From the NCBI RefSeq assembly GCF_016432865.1, contig NC_067399.1, forward strand, positions 678,590,001-678,654,000: DNA of 64,000 bases, read 5' to 3'. The position numbers were made by a program, and so were the translations under genes. The first letter of the stretch is position 1. Every line of letters starts with the position of its first letter. The notes below the pieces were generated by a model. That model was not told the DNA's origin, did no database searches, and worked only from the letters and a program-made list of their open reading frames with translations. Shown in pieces: positions 9,614 to 21,837 of the stretch. This DNA is from Antechinus flavipes (taxonomy: Eukaryota).

Positions 9614-12600
9614 CTTCGGCTCGTGGCCCCTGGCGCCCCCCTCACCCCCAGCATCCCTTCGTGGCAGGAGATCCGCTGTCAGCTGTGGACTTGGTATTAC
9701 CCACGGCCCGGGTCTGACCACTGGGCTTTCCTAGGACCCCCGTCGTGGTGTCTTCCACGTTTGGTTCCCCTTTCGAGGACTGCGGACGTGCCTTCTCGCC
9801 TTTCTCTGGTCTGGGGTTTGCTGACCATCTGTTTTCGGTTCCTCTCTTCTTCACTGCCTCCCACGCGGCCTCCCACGTCCCAAAGCCACGATTAGCCAGT
9901 AACAACCCAAGGGGAGGAAGGGCTTTGGAAGCTCACTAGCTCCCTGCCTCTGGGGCCTGGGGGACAAAGGGACGCTGGCCTAACAGTTATTCCTGAACAT
10001 GATTAAGGCCCCCTGGGAACTGCGGAGGCGGGAGGACCAGCAGCTTGGTCTCTGATCTCGGCTCCTGGGGCTCAGAGAAGTCCTTGGCCCATCGTTCAGG
10101 CTGCTGCCTTCCTGACTGTGAGCTCATGGTCAGCTGATTCCCGGCTGCACCTCCCTCCTTAGAGCCTTCTCCTGCTCCGAGTCTGGTGTCCGATGGCTTA
10201 GGCTCAAACCTCAGACCACTGATGTCTTAGCTGTGGGACCCGACATTAGAACTGGGCCAGGGCTGGGCACGGTCCTGCCCCAAAGGGGGTCTCAGTTTTA
10301 CTCCTCAGTACAATGAGGAGGTTGAATTGTGCGGTCCCTCAAGTCTCCCCCGATTCTCCACAATTCGCCTCTCAGGGTATGTGATATGCAATGTTTGGAA
10401 GGTCGCGTTTCTCTGGGCATCTCAGACACTAACCCAGAGGCTTCCCCAAGGCGGGATGCTGCTGCTCCACATTTGTGTGGCCCAAGGGGCTCCGTGGGCC
10501 AACCAGAGTTTGCCTCCAGGAAGGCTTCTTAAGGAGCTAAGTGGTTTAGAAAGGTGGTTAGGCCTTTGTCGGTTCTAACCACCAAGACCGGTGCCCTAGC
10601 CGCGAACTTAATGACAAATGACCCAAAGGCCCATGGGAAAAAACACTTGTGAGGGGCCTAGTACCATGACCTGCTTAGAAAATAAGGAGATAAAAGGGTT
10701 TGTTGAGGGTGTGACCCCTGAAACCAACAGACCGAGGGGAGAGTGCTGGGGCACTGGAGCTACTCTGCAATGGGTTCAAGACAAGACATCAAGAATTACC
10801 CAGGAGGTGGGGAGACACCCCCTCCCCCAGTGCGCCCCAGTCCTTAGCCCCGAGTGCCTCCTGCCTCCCAGATGCTTCACAAATATGTTGAATTCTACAG
10901 ATCATAACGATTTCACAAATAGTTTAGTATTAATTGGTAATAATGAGTCTAAAAACACCCTCAGAGTTGTGGCCAGAGTCTCTGGCTCTCTCCAGGTAGA
11001 GCCCTGCAGAGAATTAGGGGAATGGGAAGAGCTTGTTGGGTGGCCCCGCCAGAGATCACGGCCCCCCTTTCTTTTGGCAGGTTCTCCTCCTGAGAAGGAG
11101 ATGTTCCGCTCTCTCCCAGTGTGCCCAGGAGGGGCCTCTCCCACTTAGTGGGGCTGGGATCTGGAGGAAGCCAGGGCTGGAGACAGAGTCAGAAAAGCAT
11201 CGTGGGGGACACTTCGGCAAAGGGGGGAAGGAAGGGTTCGCCACGCTCGGCTCCTGTTTGTCCCACGGGGGATCTGAGAGGACCAGGCTGACTGTGATGT
11301 CTCCTTGTCAGGAGGGGAGGGGGGAGAGGCTGGAGGCTCAACACTGGGGATCGTGGATTTATTTGGGCCCTACTATGTGCCTGCCATGGGGTTCCAAAGA
11401 GGGATGGGGCCCTTTCTCTCAAGAAGCCGATGGTCTAATTGGAGAGAAAAGATGACATAGAAAAGGCAGCAAGAACACAGCAGGGGGATGAAGCCCAGTG
11501 ATGGCACCGGCTGCTTTCTCAGTATCATTTTCAGTACAACTATTCCTTGTTAGCGCAATCCACAGCCCATGTCCCAGGCTCGGGTGAAATGAGCTCCGTC
11601 TTGGGGGCTTCCCCATGATTCATGTGCCTTCGGCTTGCTCTAACCCCCACTTACTCAGGGAACATTTAGACTGTAACTTCTGGGTGGTTTAAATCTAGCT
11701 TACATTCAGGTCCCTAATTCAGTCCTAAGGGTCAATAGGGTATTCATGTAGTTGGTGTAGAAGAGCTTCCTTCCACCCGAGAACTGCGAAACCACAATAA
11801 AGACTCTTAAGCGTTGTCACCCACTTCCCTTTCCCCCCTTCTAAGTCCCATTTTACTGCTGTTTCTTGGTCCAAATTCACAGAACTACCTTGTAGTTTGA
11901 AGTCCCTTAGGAAAAAAAGCCATTGGGTTAGAGTGGATCCCACTCAGTGCTCTGAGGAGTCTGTCTTTGTCTGCCTCTTNNNNNNNNNNNNNNNNNNNNN
12001 NNNNNNNNNNNNNNNNNNNNNNNNNNNNNNNNNNNNNNNNNNNNNNNNNNNNNNNNNNNNNNNNNNNNNNNNNNNNNNNNNNNNNNNNNNNNNNNNNNNN
12101 NNNNNNNNNNNNNNNNNNNNNNNNNNNNNNNNNNNNNNNNNNNNNNNNNNNNNNNNNNNNNNNNNNNNNNNNNNNNNNNNNNNNNNNNNNNNNNNNNNNN
12201 NNNNNNNNCTCCTTCCTCCCTTAAACTAGGGCTCATATCGCCACCCTGTGGCTTGTTTTTTTCCAAGAAGGGAAGCTTTGCTTGCTGGGTACCATCCTGT
12301 CACACAGAAGTATCCTTGGGCGCTTCCTTCCCGGCCGGACACAATCCCACTATTCCTCTAGCCTCGAGACCCAGGAGCAGGTGAAGCTCTTTTCCCCCAC
12401 AAGGCTGGTTCTTCCCAGAAACTCCTTTTGTCGCATTTGAAGGGGGACACCCAAATTTGGTGCTGCTAAGAGGGCGATGCCCCGGTGGGTCCTGCCTAGG
12501 CAAGCCTCCTTTTGATCCCAGGCTCGATTCTGGGATCCAGGTTTGCCCAGGAGCTCTCAGGAAGCGCCCTCATCGTATAGAAGACACAAGGTAAACTTAA

Positions 12601-13779
12601 GGGCAGACAAGGGCCCAGAAGGGGCCCCCGGCCCGCAGAAGATGGGTTCAGGCCGTCTCGCCCCTTGGGCCAAGGGCTTCTCCACGTCGGCTGCACGATT
12701 CACAAGCTACCAGTTTACAGCTGGAAGGAGCATTTTAGAGCCGAGCAATCTGAGGCATAAAGAAATTAAACGGTTTGCTCCTGGTCACGCGTGCCATGTG
12801 CTTTGCACTGGCCAGTTAAAGGAGGGGGCATCTGACCCCCAGGATCCCCGACCCTAATCCAGCACAGCAGCCCCCGTCCTCGTCCTGCGTGGCTAGGTGG
12901 AGGCAGCCTGGGCCTGACCACTGCCCCGACCCCCTGGGGGGCTCAACCACATGGTTTCATTCTCTGTGGATGACACATGGTTGAGGTCACGTGGCTTCCC
13001 ACTCAGGCTTCAGTGGGTGGGCTTCCTCCCCTGGAGGAGTCTGGTGATCCCAGCTCTGAGACGTGGTCCACGGGCCAACACAGAGGGGCCGGCCGGGGCC
13101 ACAAGTGTCCACCCAGACGCTCACCCTCACGGGGGCAGCCGCCATCGGTGAGATCGGACTTCCAGGAGGCCCCCCCAACCCCCTTCCAAAGACCCCAAAC
13201 CCTCCAGACTGACGCAGCTGATTCCTGTGACAAAGCTCCTACGTGATAAATCCTGAGAAGGCCCAAGGGTAGTGAATACGGGGAAACCTCGGCCTCCTGG
13301 GGAAGGCTGGGTGCCAACGTCTCCTGAATCTGCCTGCTTTTGTCTCCGGGCTGCCCTGGCCCTGGCCAGCCCTCCCCCAGACACTTTCTGGGCTTGTCTC
13401 AGCTCATTCTGCTGACCTGGAAGTCAGTGCTGGCGGAGGGAAGGAAAACCCAGGTCCCTCAGCTGTGTTCTTGTGTTAGCCCTTTCATGGCTGTAGGTTT
13501 TAGACCCAGAACCCTCCTGGTTATGTTGCGTCAGTTTATAAGAAGTGGAGCCGACACAAGGTCTAACTGGGGCAGGGGAGACCGGGTCAGGAGGACTTGG
13601 GAAGACAAGCAGGGCTGGCGGCAGGGAATCTGAGTGAAAGAAAGCTTGAGCAGGAAATTGGAGGGAGCGGGAGCTCCCCACCAGGGGCCGTTGCCATCTT
13701 TTCTCCTCGGGCCAACTCTTTATTTTCCTCTTCCTTTTCTGAATTCTCCCTCCCCATTTTTGGGAACACCCGAATGCGT

Positions 13780-14332
13780 TTGGGCTTCTCTTCCCCTCCC
13801 CCCCACGGGCTGAGCTCTGAATTCTGCTCCTGCCTCTCTCTCCCTGCCTCGCGCTGTCGGCACAAACGGGCCGCTGGGACGCCATTCAAGGCCACAGCTT
13901 GGGGGGGGGGGGGGGGCGTTTCTGAAGCCCCTCCCCCGCTGCTCCCGGAAGGTCACACGTTTCCTGGCTCAGTTCGGACTCACACCTCACGGTTACGGTG
14001 AAAAGTCCCTGATGAAGGCGTTCATTCAGCGGAGGGAGCGGGCGTCCCTTCTGGCTCGCGGCCTCCGGAGCCCCTCCCAAACACTGGCCGCGGGGGGAGG
14101 GGCAGCGCCGGCGGAAGGCTCGGAGTCGGGACCGAGAAGCGCGGGCTCGGCCTGTCCCCCAGCTCGGGGCGCGGTCCCGTTCCGGCCCCGCCGGGCCAAC
14201 GGCCAAGGTCTTTTAAAAAGCAACATTGTTTCTTTGCAAAGTCCCGCGAAAAGTCATTGCTGAGGCGCCCTCTGCTGGCCGGATGGGGGAACTGAAAGGC
14301 TACACATGGTCTTGAGACAACTACATGCTGGG

Positions 14333-14378
<46 letters not shown>

Positions 14379-14960
14379 ATCCCCCAAGATCAGCTCCCCT
14401 TCCGCACCGGCTGGGTCCGTTCCCCTGCTCCGTGACCCAGGGAGCCCCCGCAGGAGCCCAGAAGGGCCCTTCTATGAGCCTGCTGGCCCTGGGTGCTGAT
14501 CCTCCCAGCCCGGACCTTCCTGACCGCTGATAGGAGGCTCCCAGCCCGCCCTCCCTTCCGTGGCCAATCAGCGGACACCTTGTGGCTAAGGGGCCCCTGG
14601 GGGACATCTCCCCCCAGGGACCCTCCTCCTTGTCTCCCAGGCTCCGGGCCACCCCGACGTCCCCAGGCCCCCGGGGCTCTCCCTGAGAAAGGCTGGGAAG
14701 AGCGCTTCAGCGGCGGCTGCTGTTCGGGGCCCTCTCCTCCAGCGTCTGCCCTTCCCCGGAACTGCTCCCTCCGGGGTGATGAGGGGTGCGGGGCTCACTG
14801 GCCTGTCCTGACCTTTCCCATGCTGTCGATGGCCTCCTCCTGCTCTCTCCCCCAGCCTGACCTCGCGGACCCTCCCTCCCCTGGCTCTCCCCTCCCCATC
14901 CACTCATTGTGCATCTGTCTCCCCGCCTCTGCCGCCCAAAGTCATACAGCTAGTAGGGAC
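13780..14960. promoter_or_regulatory. CpG island A with promoter/insulator motifs
   Basis: High CpG density. E2F-like TCCCGCGAAA at 14,242-14,251; GC box at about 14,545-14,551; CCAAT in tggccaatca at 14,561-14,570; (GT)n at about 14,333-14,376. Confidence 0.7.
14265..14280 (-). promoter_or_regulatory. CTCF motif
   Basis: The minus strand reads GGCCAGCAGAGGGCGC, a full match to the CCASYAGRKGGCRS core. Confidence 0.75.
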
Positions 14961-15034
14961 GGAAGCCCCACTTGTACCCAGGTGCTCTAACAGTTGTCTC
15001 CCCCCCCACCATCTGCTCGCCAAAATGTGTCCGA

Positions 15035-15260
15035 AGCCCCGAGTTCAGATTCAGCCCCAGACCCTCAACAGCAATGGGACTTTGAGGAAGTCATCTCATC
15101 TGTTTGCCTCAGTTTTCTCAGCTGTAAAATGGGAACCATAATAGCCCTTCTACCTTTCTAATCTCACACCAGGTACCAGGATTATCTGGGGGATCAAATG
15201 AGAAAATGTCTATAAGCACGGTGCTTGGTACATAGTAGGTGCCTAATAAATGCTTGTTCC
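15035..15260 (+). mobile_element. MIR-type CORE-SINE with L2-like tail
   Basis: gagttcagattc...gcctcagttttctcagctgtaaaatggg...gatcaaatgaga...catagtaggtgcctaataaatgc. Confidence 0.8.
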
Positions 15261-15882
15261 CCTTTCCCTTCTCTTATGGCTTATTTAGATTTAGAATTTA
15301 GAGTCATACCTTATTATCCCTACCAAGATTTCTATTTCCTTGAGAGCTGGATGTGACTCTACCTTCTGCAATTGCCTTTCAACGACTCGGGTTTCTAGCT
15401 TATTTGCACATGGATGTTGACGAATCTTTCCTGGTAAACCAGAAGCTCCTCAAGGGCAGGGCCTGGCTTTCTATACTGTGTTTCTAGAGTTTGGGAACAG
15501 GACTGGCATGCAATAGGTGCCTAATCAATGCTTATAGCTTGACCTGTTGCCGTATCTTTGTTTCCGGGCACTTTAAGACCCAGCATTAAATGAGGAAGGG
15601 CTCTAAAGCTTGTAGCTGACCCCCTCCCCCAGGCGGCCTGCCCAGGCTCTCAGGGAGCCTCTGACTAGGGCTGTCGCAGGTTCGTCCCTTTCCCGAAGAT
15701 TCCAGGGAGCTTAGCCACATCCCTTGTGGCCGGGAGATGACTCAGCCTGGGTTCTCCGAGAGCTTCCGGGCCAAACCCCTCCCAGACAACCGGCTGGTGA
15801 GTCTTTCTAAAGGAAGCCAGGCTGGTGCTCAGGTGTCTGACTCACACCCCTGCTCTGATTCTACACCGAATGTCTTTCTGAT

Positions 15883-16553
15883 GAAGGAAGGAAAGGAAAA
15901 GGGAAAGGAGAGGGGGAAAAAGGAAAAGGAAGGGGAAAGGAAAAGGAGGGGAAGAAGAAAAGGAACAAGGAGGGGAAAAGGAAGAGGAGGGGAAAAAGGG
16001 AAAGGAAAAGGGAAGTGAAAGAGGAAAGGAAAGGAAAGGGGAAGGAGAAAAAGAAAAGAAAGGAGAAAGGGAAAGGAAAAGGGAAGTGAAGGAGAGAAAA
16101 GGAAAGGAAAGGGGAAGGAGAAAGAGAAAGGAGAAAGGGAAAGGAAAAGGGAAAGGAGAGGGGAAAAAAGGAAAAGGGGAAGGGGAAAGGAAAGGGAGGG
16201 GAAGAAGAAAAGGAACAAGGAGGGGAAAAAGGAAGAGGAGGGGAAAAAGGGAAAGGAAAAGGGAAGTGAAAGAGAGGAAAGGAAAGGAAAGGGGAAGGAG
16301 AAAGAGAAAAGAAAGGAGAAAGGGAAAGGAGAGGGGAAAAAAGGAAAAGGGGAAGGGGAAAGGAAAGGGAGGGGAAGAAGAAAAGGAACAAGGAGGGGAA
16401 AAAGGAAGAGGAGGGGAAAAAGGGAAAGGAAAGGAAAGGAAAAGGGAAGGAAGAAAAAGAAGGGGAAGGGGAACGGGAAGGGAGAGAAAGAAAGGAGAAG
16501 AAAAAAGAAGGGGAAGGGGAAAGGAAAGGGAGGGGAAGAAGAAAAGGAGAGAG
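15883..16553 (+). repeat. 671-bp polypurine (G/A) tract with higher-order repeats
   Basis: About 7 pyrimidines by my count. The anchor aaggaacaagg recurs at 15,960, 16,210 and 16,383. Confidence 0.95.
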
Positions 16554-16739
16554 TAGGGGAGGTACAATAGCAGGAAGAAAAGGATTGAAAAAATGGGAAA
16601 AAATATCAAGTTCTTATCGCGTGCCAAGAACCTGTGCAAGATTCTGGGGGTCAGTGAGCCAACAAGCATTTGGGAAGCACTTGTGCAGTGTGTGTGTGTG
16701 GGGAAGCCTGCTGAGCACTGAGGCACAAAGGCAGAAACT

Positions 16740-16925
16740 GTGTTCCCTGTGAGACTCTGAGCAGGTCATTTAACCTCTGCTTTGGCTTCCTGATCTCTAA
16801 AATGGGGCTAAGGATCTGCCCTGCAGGGTTGTTGTGTACATCGAGTGAGATGATAATTGTAAAGCGCTTTGCACCGGGCCTGGAATACCCTAGCTCTAGT
16901 TATTATCGACATTATCATTATTAGG
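16740..16925 (+). mobile_element. MIR-type CORE-SINE
   Basis: caggtcatttaacctc...taaaatgggg...cagggttgttgtg...gtaaagcgctttgcac. Confidence 0.8.
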
Positions 16926-17329
16926 TAGCTCCTGAGCGCAAACTCAATAGTCCAAACCCGAATTCATCCTTTCCCCTCTCCTGCTCCTTCCTCTCTCCTA
17001 CCCCCTTTCCAAGGGGGTGCCAAGGCCTGTGGGACCCTCAAGGGGTCCCCTCCCCTCCCCTGATGCTGCCCCCATCCTCCTCCCTCCCCTCCAGATCTCT
17101 TCCCCTTCCAACTCCAGAACCTTCAGTGGCTCCCCAGGGCCTTGGGGATCAAACGCAAACACTGTTGTCCCAGGCCTTTCGTGACCCAGCCCTCCCTCCC
17201 TTTCTAATCTCGCACCTCACTGCCCAAGATTTATTTTGTGTTTGTGCCAAGCACACCTTCCACTCTCTGCTCCCTCATTCTCTCTGGCCATCCCCCAGGG
17301 CTGATCTCTCTCCTCCACTCTGACCACTG

Positions 17330-17555
17330 ACCTCCGGCTCCCTTCAAGTCCCAGCTAAAATCCCACTTCTACAGGACTTTTCCCCCAACCCTCCCTAACT
17401 GCAGTGACTTCCCTCTGCTACTTCCCTTTATCTGCTCGTAGTTTGCTTTGTATCTGCTTGCGTGGGGTCTCCTTTGTTAGGCCGGAGGCTCCTGGAGGAC
17501 CAGAACGTCTTTTGCCTCTTTTGGGATCCCCAATGAGTAGCACAGTGAGACACGT
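17330..17555 (+). mobile_element. L2 3' fragment
   Basis: ccttcaagtcccagctaaaatcccacttctacagg...tttgcctcttttgggatcccca...tagcacagtg. Confidence 0.7.
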
Positions 17556-19519
17556 CCCCTTTTTCTGATCACTTGTGAGCGTTTGCCCTGTGTGACTTCT
17601 CCATAAAATAATGTTTTTGGCGAGCAGCAAACCCCGTGGCCGGCCAAGGGAGCCGCGCTCCCTGCAGCAGAGCCGGGACGTTCGGCCGTTTGGTTGGAGA
17701 AAGGACCTCGGCGTCCTGGTCTCCTCCCGCCGGGCGGCCTTCCGACTCTCCCTCAGACGGTGCAGCTGGAAGTGGTTCGGCCTCCTGCCACGGCGCCGGC
17801 GCCCGGTCCAGGTTTCCCAGCACTCAGCAGTGGGGGCAGGCCAAGGGCCCTGTAAACCTTCGGTCCGAGAGTCAGCCCAATCCCGCTCCACTCCCACTCG
17901 GGAGCCTCCCTGACACGGAGCTGGCTCTGGCAATGTGGGGGTCAGTCTCACTGCCCTTGGGGACACCCCTGGAAAGCAGAGCATCAGGTAAGGGTTCAGA
18001 CCTTAACTGATGGTTCCAGGCTGACCGGTGGAGGCCCTGGGTGTCCCTGGTGTTACTTGATTGGCCAAAATCAGCACAAGGGTCAGTTCTCTCCTAAGAA
18101 CTTTAGGATGGATTGTGTGACACAAGAGATGCCAGCACGGGAGATGCTGGCACGGGAGACGCCGGCATGGGAACACCCGACACGGTGTGCCCTCCTCGGA
18201 GAAGGTGCCGCGCTCTAGGAGCAAAGCGGAGCAGAATTAGCTCAGAAGGACAAGAGAGGCACAAAATCCGCCAGTCCATCTCCAGCATCTGTGTCTGAGC
18301 TGAGGCCGAGCATTCTGGGCTCAGCCCCAGAGGGACGCCCTGTGACTCAGCTCTAACACAATGTTCTTATCTGCCAGACACATAGTAGGTGCTCAATTAA
18401 AGTTCTTGATTGGTTGAAGGAGCTCACTGCTACAAGACCATAAAATCACAGAGTTAGAGACGGAGTCAAGTCCCCTCATGTGAAAAATTAGGAACTGATT
18501 GAAGAGGCCAGTGACTGAGCCAAATTCACCCAGGCGGCCTTTGGGGCGTCAAGACCAGAATCCACCACTTCACAAATACAAAGCCGAGACAGTCCTCGCT
18601 CTCAAGATTTAGGCCCGAAGGCAGGGCAGCTTCTTGCAGGGGAATCTCGGCCAGAGAAGGGCAGGGACTGGCCTTGGGGAACAGACGGACACATCCTGGA
18701 AGGGCCATCCAGTGAACCAGAGAGTACTGTATACCCGGCGAATGGACCAGCCTTCCCTGGAGAAGCCTGTGAGCTTCACATTTTCAGGGAGTGAGGAGAA
18801 TAGGTGCTCTTTTTGTAAACAGGAAATGAGGGAGGGAGATGTAATCCTTCTGGGAACCTCGGAGGACACTGAATGGCCCACCCATTGATGTCTCAGACAA
18901 AGGAGCCCTGGGAAGGCTGCTAGCTTAAAAAGGCCGAGGTCTCCTGGTGCTCCGGGGCGGTCTCCAGGCCTCCTGATCCGGACCTTGCCACTGGTTCCAA
19001 GTGGCTCTGGAGGAGAAAGTGACTTTACAGGCCCTCCCTCCCTTAGATCCGACTCACTTGCATGGATGGCCTGACCTCCCTGAACTAATTCCTCTCAGGA
19101 AGGAAGGATAGACCAGAGGCACAACAGGGGCCCCCCAGGGCGGAGGCAGAGGGGCCGAAGAGAGGCAGGGGCTGTCTGGAGATCAGAACCGGCCGTCCTG
19201 GCCTTCATCTTCTCCAATATTTCCAGAGCCCGTTGCCTGGCTCTCTCCCGGGCCCCATCACATGCTCTCTTGTTCTATTTATTTCCTATTGTGAAAAGGG
19301 CTGGGGTGCTGAACCTATTTTCCCACTGAGGGACCTTTCTTAATTCTGAGCCCAAGCTGACTTTCCAGGACCCCAAGAACTAGATCCCCAATAAAAGGGG
19401 TGAGTGACCCCTTTCTCCCCCTTTTGCACCCCCAGCACCCGAGACAAATGGCTTAAGGCTTAGCTTAAGCTAAGAGATTCAGGCTTGATTCTGCACTCTA
19501 ATATTTTAATAAAAAAATT

Positions 19520-19725
19520 AAAACTTTGCTATTGTTCAGTCATGTTCGACCCTTTCCTGCCTCCTCTGTGGGTTTTCTTGACCTTGTGCTTTGCCATTTC
19601 TTTCTCATTTTACCAAGGCAAACGGTAAAGTGACTTGCCCAGAGTCATGCAGTCAGTGTCTGAAACTGTATTTGAACTCGGTCCTTCCTGAATTTAGACC
19701 TGGCACTCCGTCACCCAGCTGCTCT
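19520..19725 (-). mobile_element. MAR1-type marsupial SINE
   Basis: ttgttcagtcatgttcgac (RTE-like tail)...aagtgacttgcccagagtca...tttgaactcggtccttcctga. Confidence 0.7.
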
Positions 19726-20169
19726 AAGCAGTAAGAAAAGCAAGAAAACCATTCCTGGGAGGAGTAAGCTGCTTACTTCCTTAACCCTCCTCTCTTGGGG
19801 AAACAGGTTAGAAAGCCCTTCTGGGAAGCAAGTGCAGGGCTTAAAATCAGGTTAACAAGCATTTATTAAGCCCTTACTGTATATTGTACACTGTGCTGAG
19901 TGCAAAGGGATGTGCAAAAACAGCCTAAAATAACTAGTGAAATGAATTGAATTGAGAATACCAGAAAGGGAGGCTGGGGTAGGGGAGGGACTGAAGTCAC
20001 AGATCCTGCCTGACCATTCGGTCCAGAGCTGGCCCTGCCTCCCACTTGTCCACAGAAGGAAGACTGTGGTCTAGAACCTCTGGGTCTGGAGCCTGATTCA
20101 GTCAGGAGGTGAGTGGATCGAGGCTGGGGCGTGAAATGAGGAAGACCCGAATATGACCGCAGACATTTC

Positions 20170-20345
20170 CTACTGGTGTGGCCTGCCTCGGTTTCCACAT
20201 AGGGACAACCATAGAACCTGTGTCCCAGGGTTTTTGTGAGGATCGAATGAGATAATCGTAAATTGTTTGGTACAGTGCCTGGTACAGAGCAGAAACACAC
20301 AGTACTCCGATTATTATTGTGATTTATACTATTATTAATATTAAT
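20170..20345 (+). mobile_element. MIR-type CORE-SINE
   Basis: cccagggtttttgtgaggatcgaatgagataatcgtaaa...cagtgcctggtacagag...attattatt. Confidence 0.75.
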
Positions 20346-21321
20346 AAGAAGGCACTCCCTTCTTCCCAGGGTAGTCGTGAGGTTTACATGAAGGGACATG
20401 TGTGTTGTCAACCTTGAGAGCATCCATAGAATAAATATTGGCTGCAATTATTAGTAGCAAGATTTGAGCAAACTCCGTCCCCAAAGTGTTTACAGAAGGG
20501 ACTCGCTCTCCTCCTCCTCTGGGATCCTGCAAAACAAGGTTTATGTTCCAGGAGAAGTGAAACAACTGGACGGCTAGCTCTGCTTCATTTTGTGGCTTCA
20601 GTGTCCATGGGGCCTCTGGCAGGGTCTGACATCCAGTCGGCGCTAAATAAAGAGCAGTTGCTGCCTCTCCCTCCCCCCAGCTCTGGAATCATCACTGTTG
20701 CCTCAAACTACATATTCGGCCCTTCCTCTGACTGGCCTCTGACTGATCTCTCAGGGTTTATTTACCACAGGAGCTCACAAGTCAATCAACGGGTTTGATG
20801 CTAAATCCGGGGATTCTGGGTAACTCGCGCAGTCTCCTTCCTCATCTGCAAAATCGCGGGGTTAGACGGAGGCTGCCTACCAGAGCCGAAGTTAATTAGT
20901 GACCTGAGCAGTAGATGTGTCGCTCTCACAAATGGGACGGCCGCATTTCCCTGATTGTCAGGGCTGAGAGAAAGGCAGACTCAGTCAGCAGGCAAGCATT
21001 TTAAGGGCATCGACGTGTGCCCGGAAGGGGGCCGGGGCACAGAGATGGTGAGGATAATCCCAACAGCCGTAGACTGGCCCTCATCTAGTGCTTTTAGAGC
21101 CTGCCAAGTGCTTCATAGACATTGTCTTAGGTAGAGAATTCTGGGAGAGGCGCAATCATTTTAGCTCCATTTTCGAGATCAGGAAGCTGAGGCTGACGGG
21201 GCTCAAGTGACTTGGCCAGGATGACACGGCGAGCAAGTTTTTGAGGCAGGAGTAAAACTCAGGCTTTGACACCATCGAGCTGTGGGAGGGGAAGCTGACT
21301 CTCTGGGGAGCTCAGTCCCTT

Positions 21322-21837
21322 GGGGCTGGGAGGGATGCTTGCAGACGTCAGGGGCCGGGAGGGATGCTTGCGGACGTCAGGGGCTGGGAGGGATGCTTGC
21401 GGATGTCAGGGACCGGAAAGGATGCTTGCGGACGTCAGGGACCCGGAGGGATGCTTGCGGATGTCAGGGACCGGGAGGGATGCTTGCGGACGTCAGGGAC
21501 CGGGAGGGATGCTTGCGGACGTCGGGGACCCGGAGGGGTGCTTGTGGACGTCAGCCGGGAGGGATGCTTGCAGACGTCAGGGACCCGGAGGGATGCTTGC
21601 GGATGTCGGGGACCGGGAGGGATGCTTGCGGGGCCGGGAGGGATGCTTGTGGACGTCAGGGGCCGGGAGGGATGCTTGTGGATGTCAGGGACCCGGAGGG
21701 ATGCTTGTGGATGTCAGGGGCCGGGAGGGATGCTTGTGGATGTCAGGGACCGGGAGGGGTGCTTGCGGACATCGGGGACCGGGAGGGGTGCTTGTGGACG
21801 TCAGCCGGGAGGGATGCTTGCGGACGACAGCCGGGAT
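21322..21837 (+). repeat. 29-bp GC-rich minisatellite, 18 units
   Basis: Consensus GGGAGGGATGCTTGCGGACGTCAGGGACC; three 26-bp and one 21-bp deletion variants. Confidence 0.97.

Noticed and set aside
10038-10110. miR-15/16-like hairpin (CAGCAGC...GCTGCTG)
   Set aside because: Only the outer ~10 bp pair; the interior forms a separate branch, not a pre-miRNA stem.
10618-11148. 176-aa ATG ORF outside repeats
   Set aside because: About one ORF of this length is expected by chance across six frames of 64 kb; no recognisable motif or splice support.
11600-11900. Possible solo LTRs (also 18.9-19.45 kb and 8.4-8.76 kb) suggested by AATAAA and TATA-like motifs
   Set aside because: No TG...CA termini, TSD or second copy identifiable by eye.
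15737-16726. Lys/Arg/Gly/Glu-rich and Phe/Pro/Ser-rich ORFs up to 294 aa
   Set aside because: Translations of the polypurine tract and its complement.
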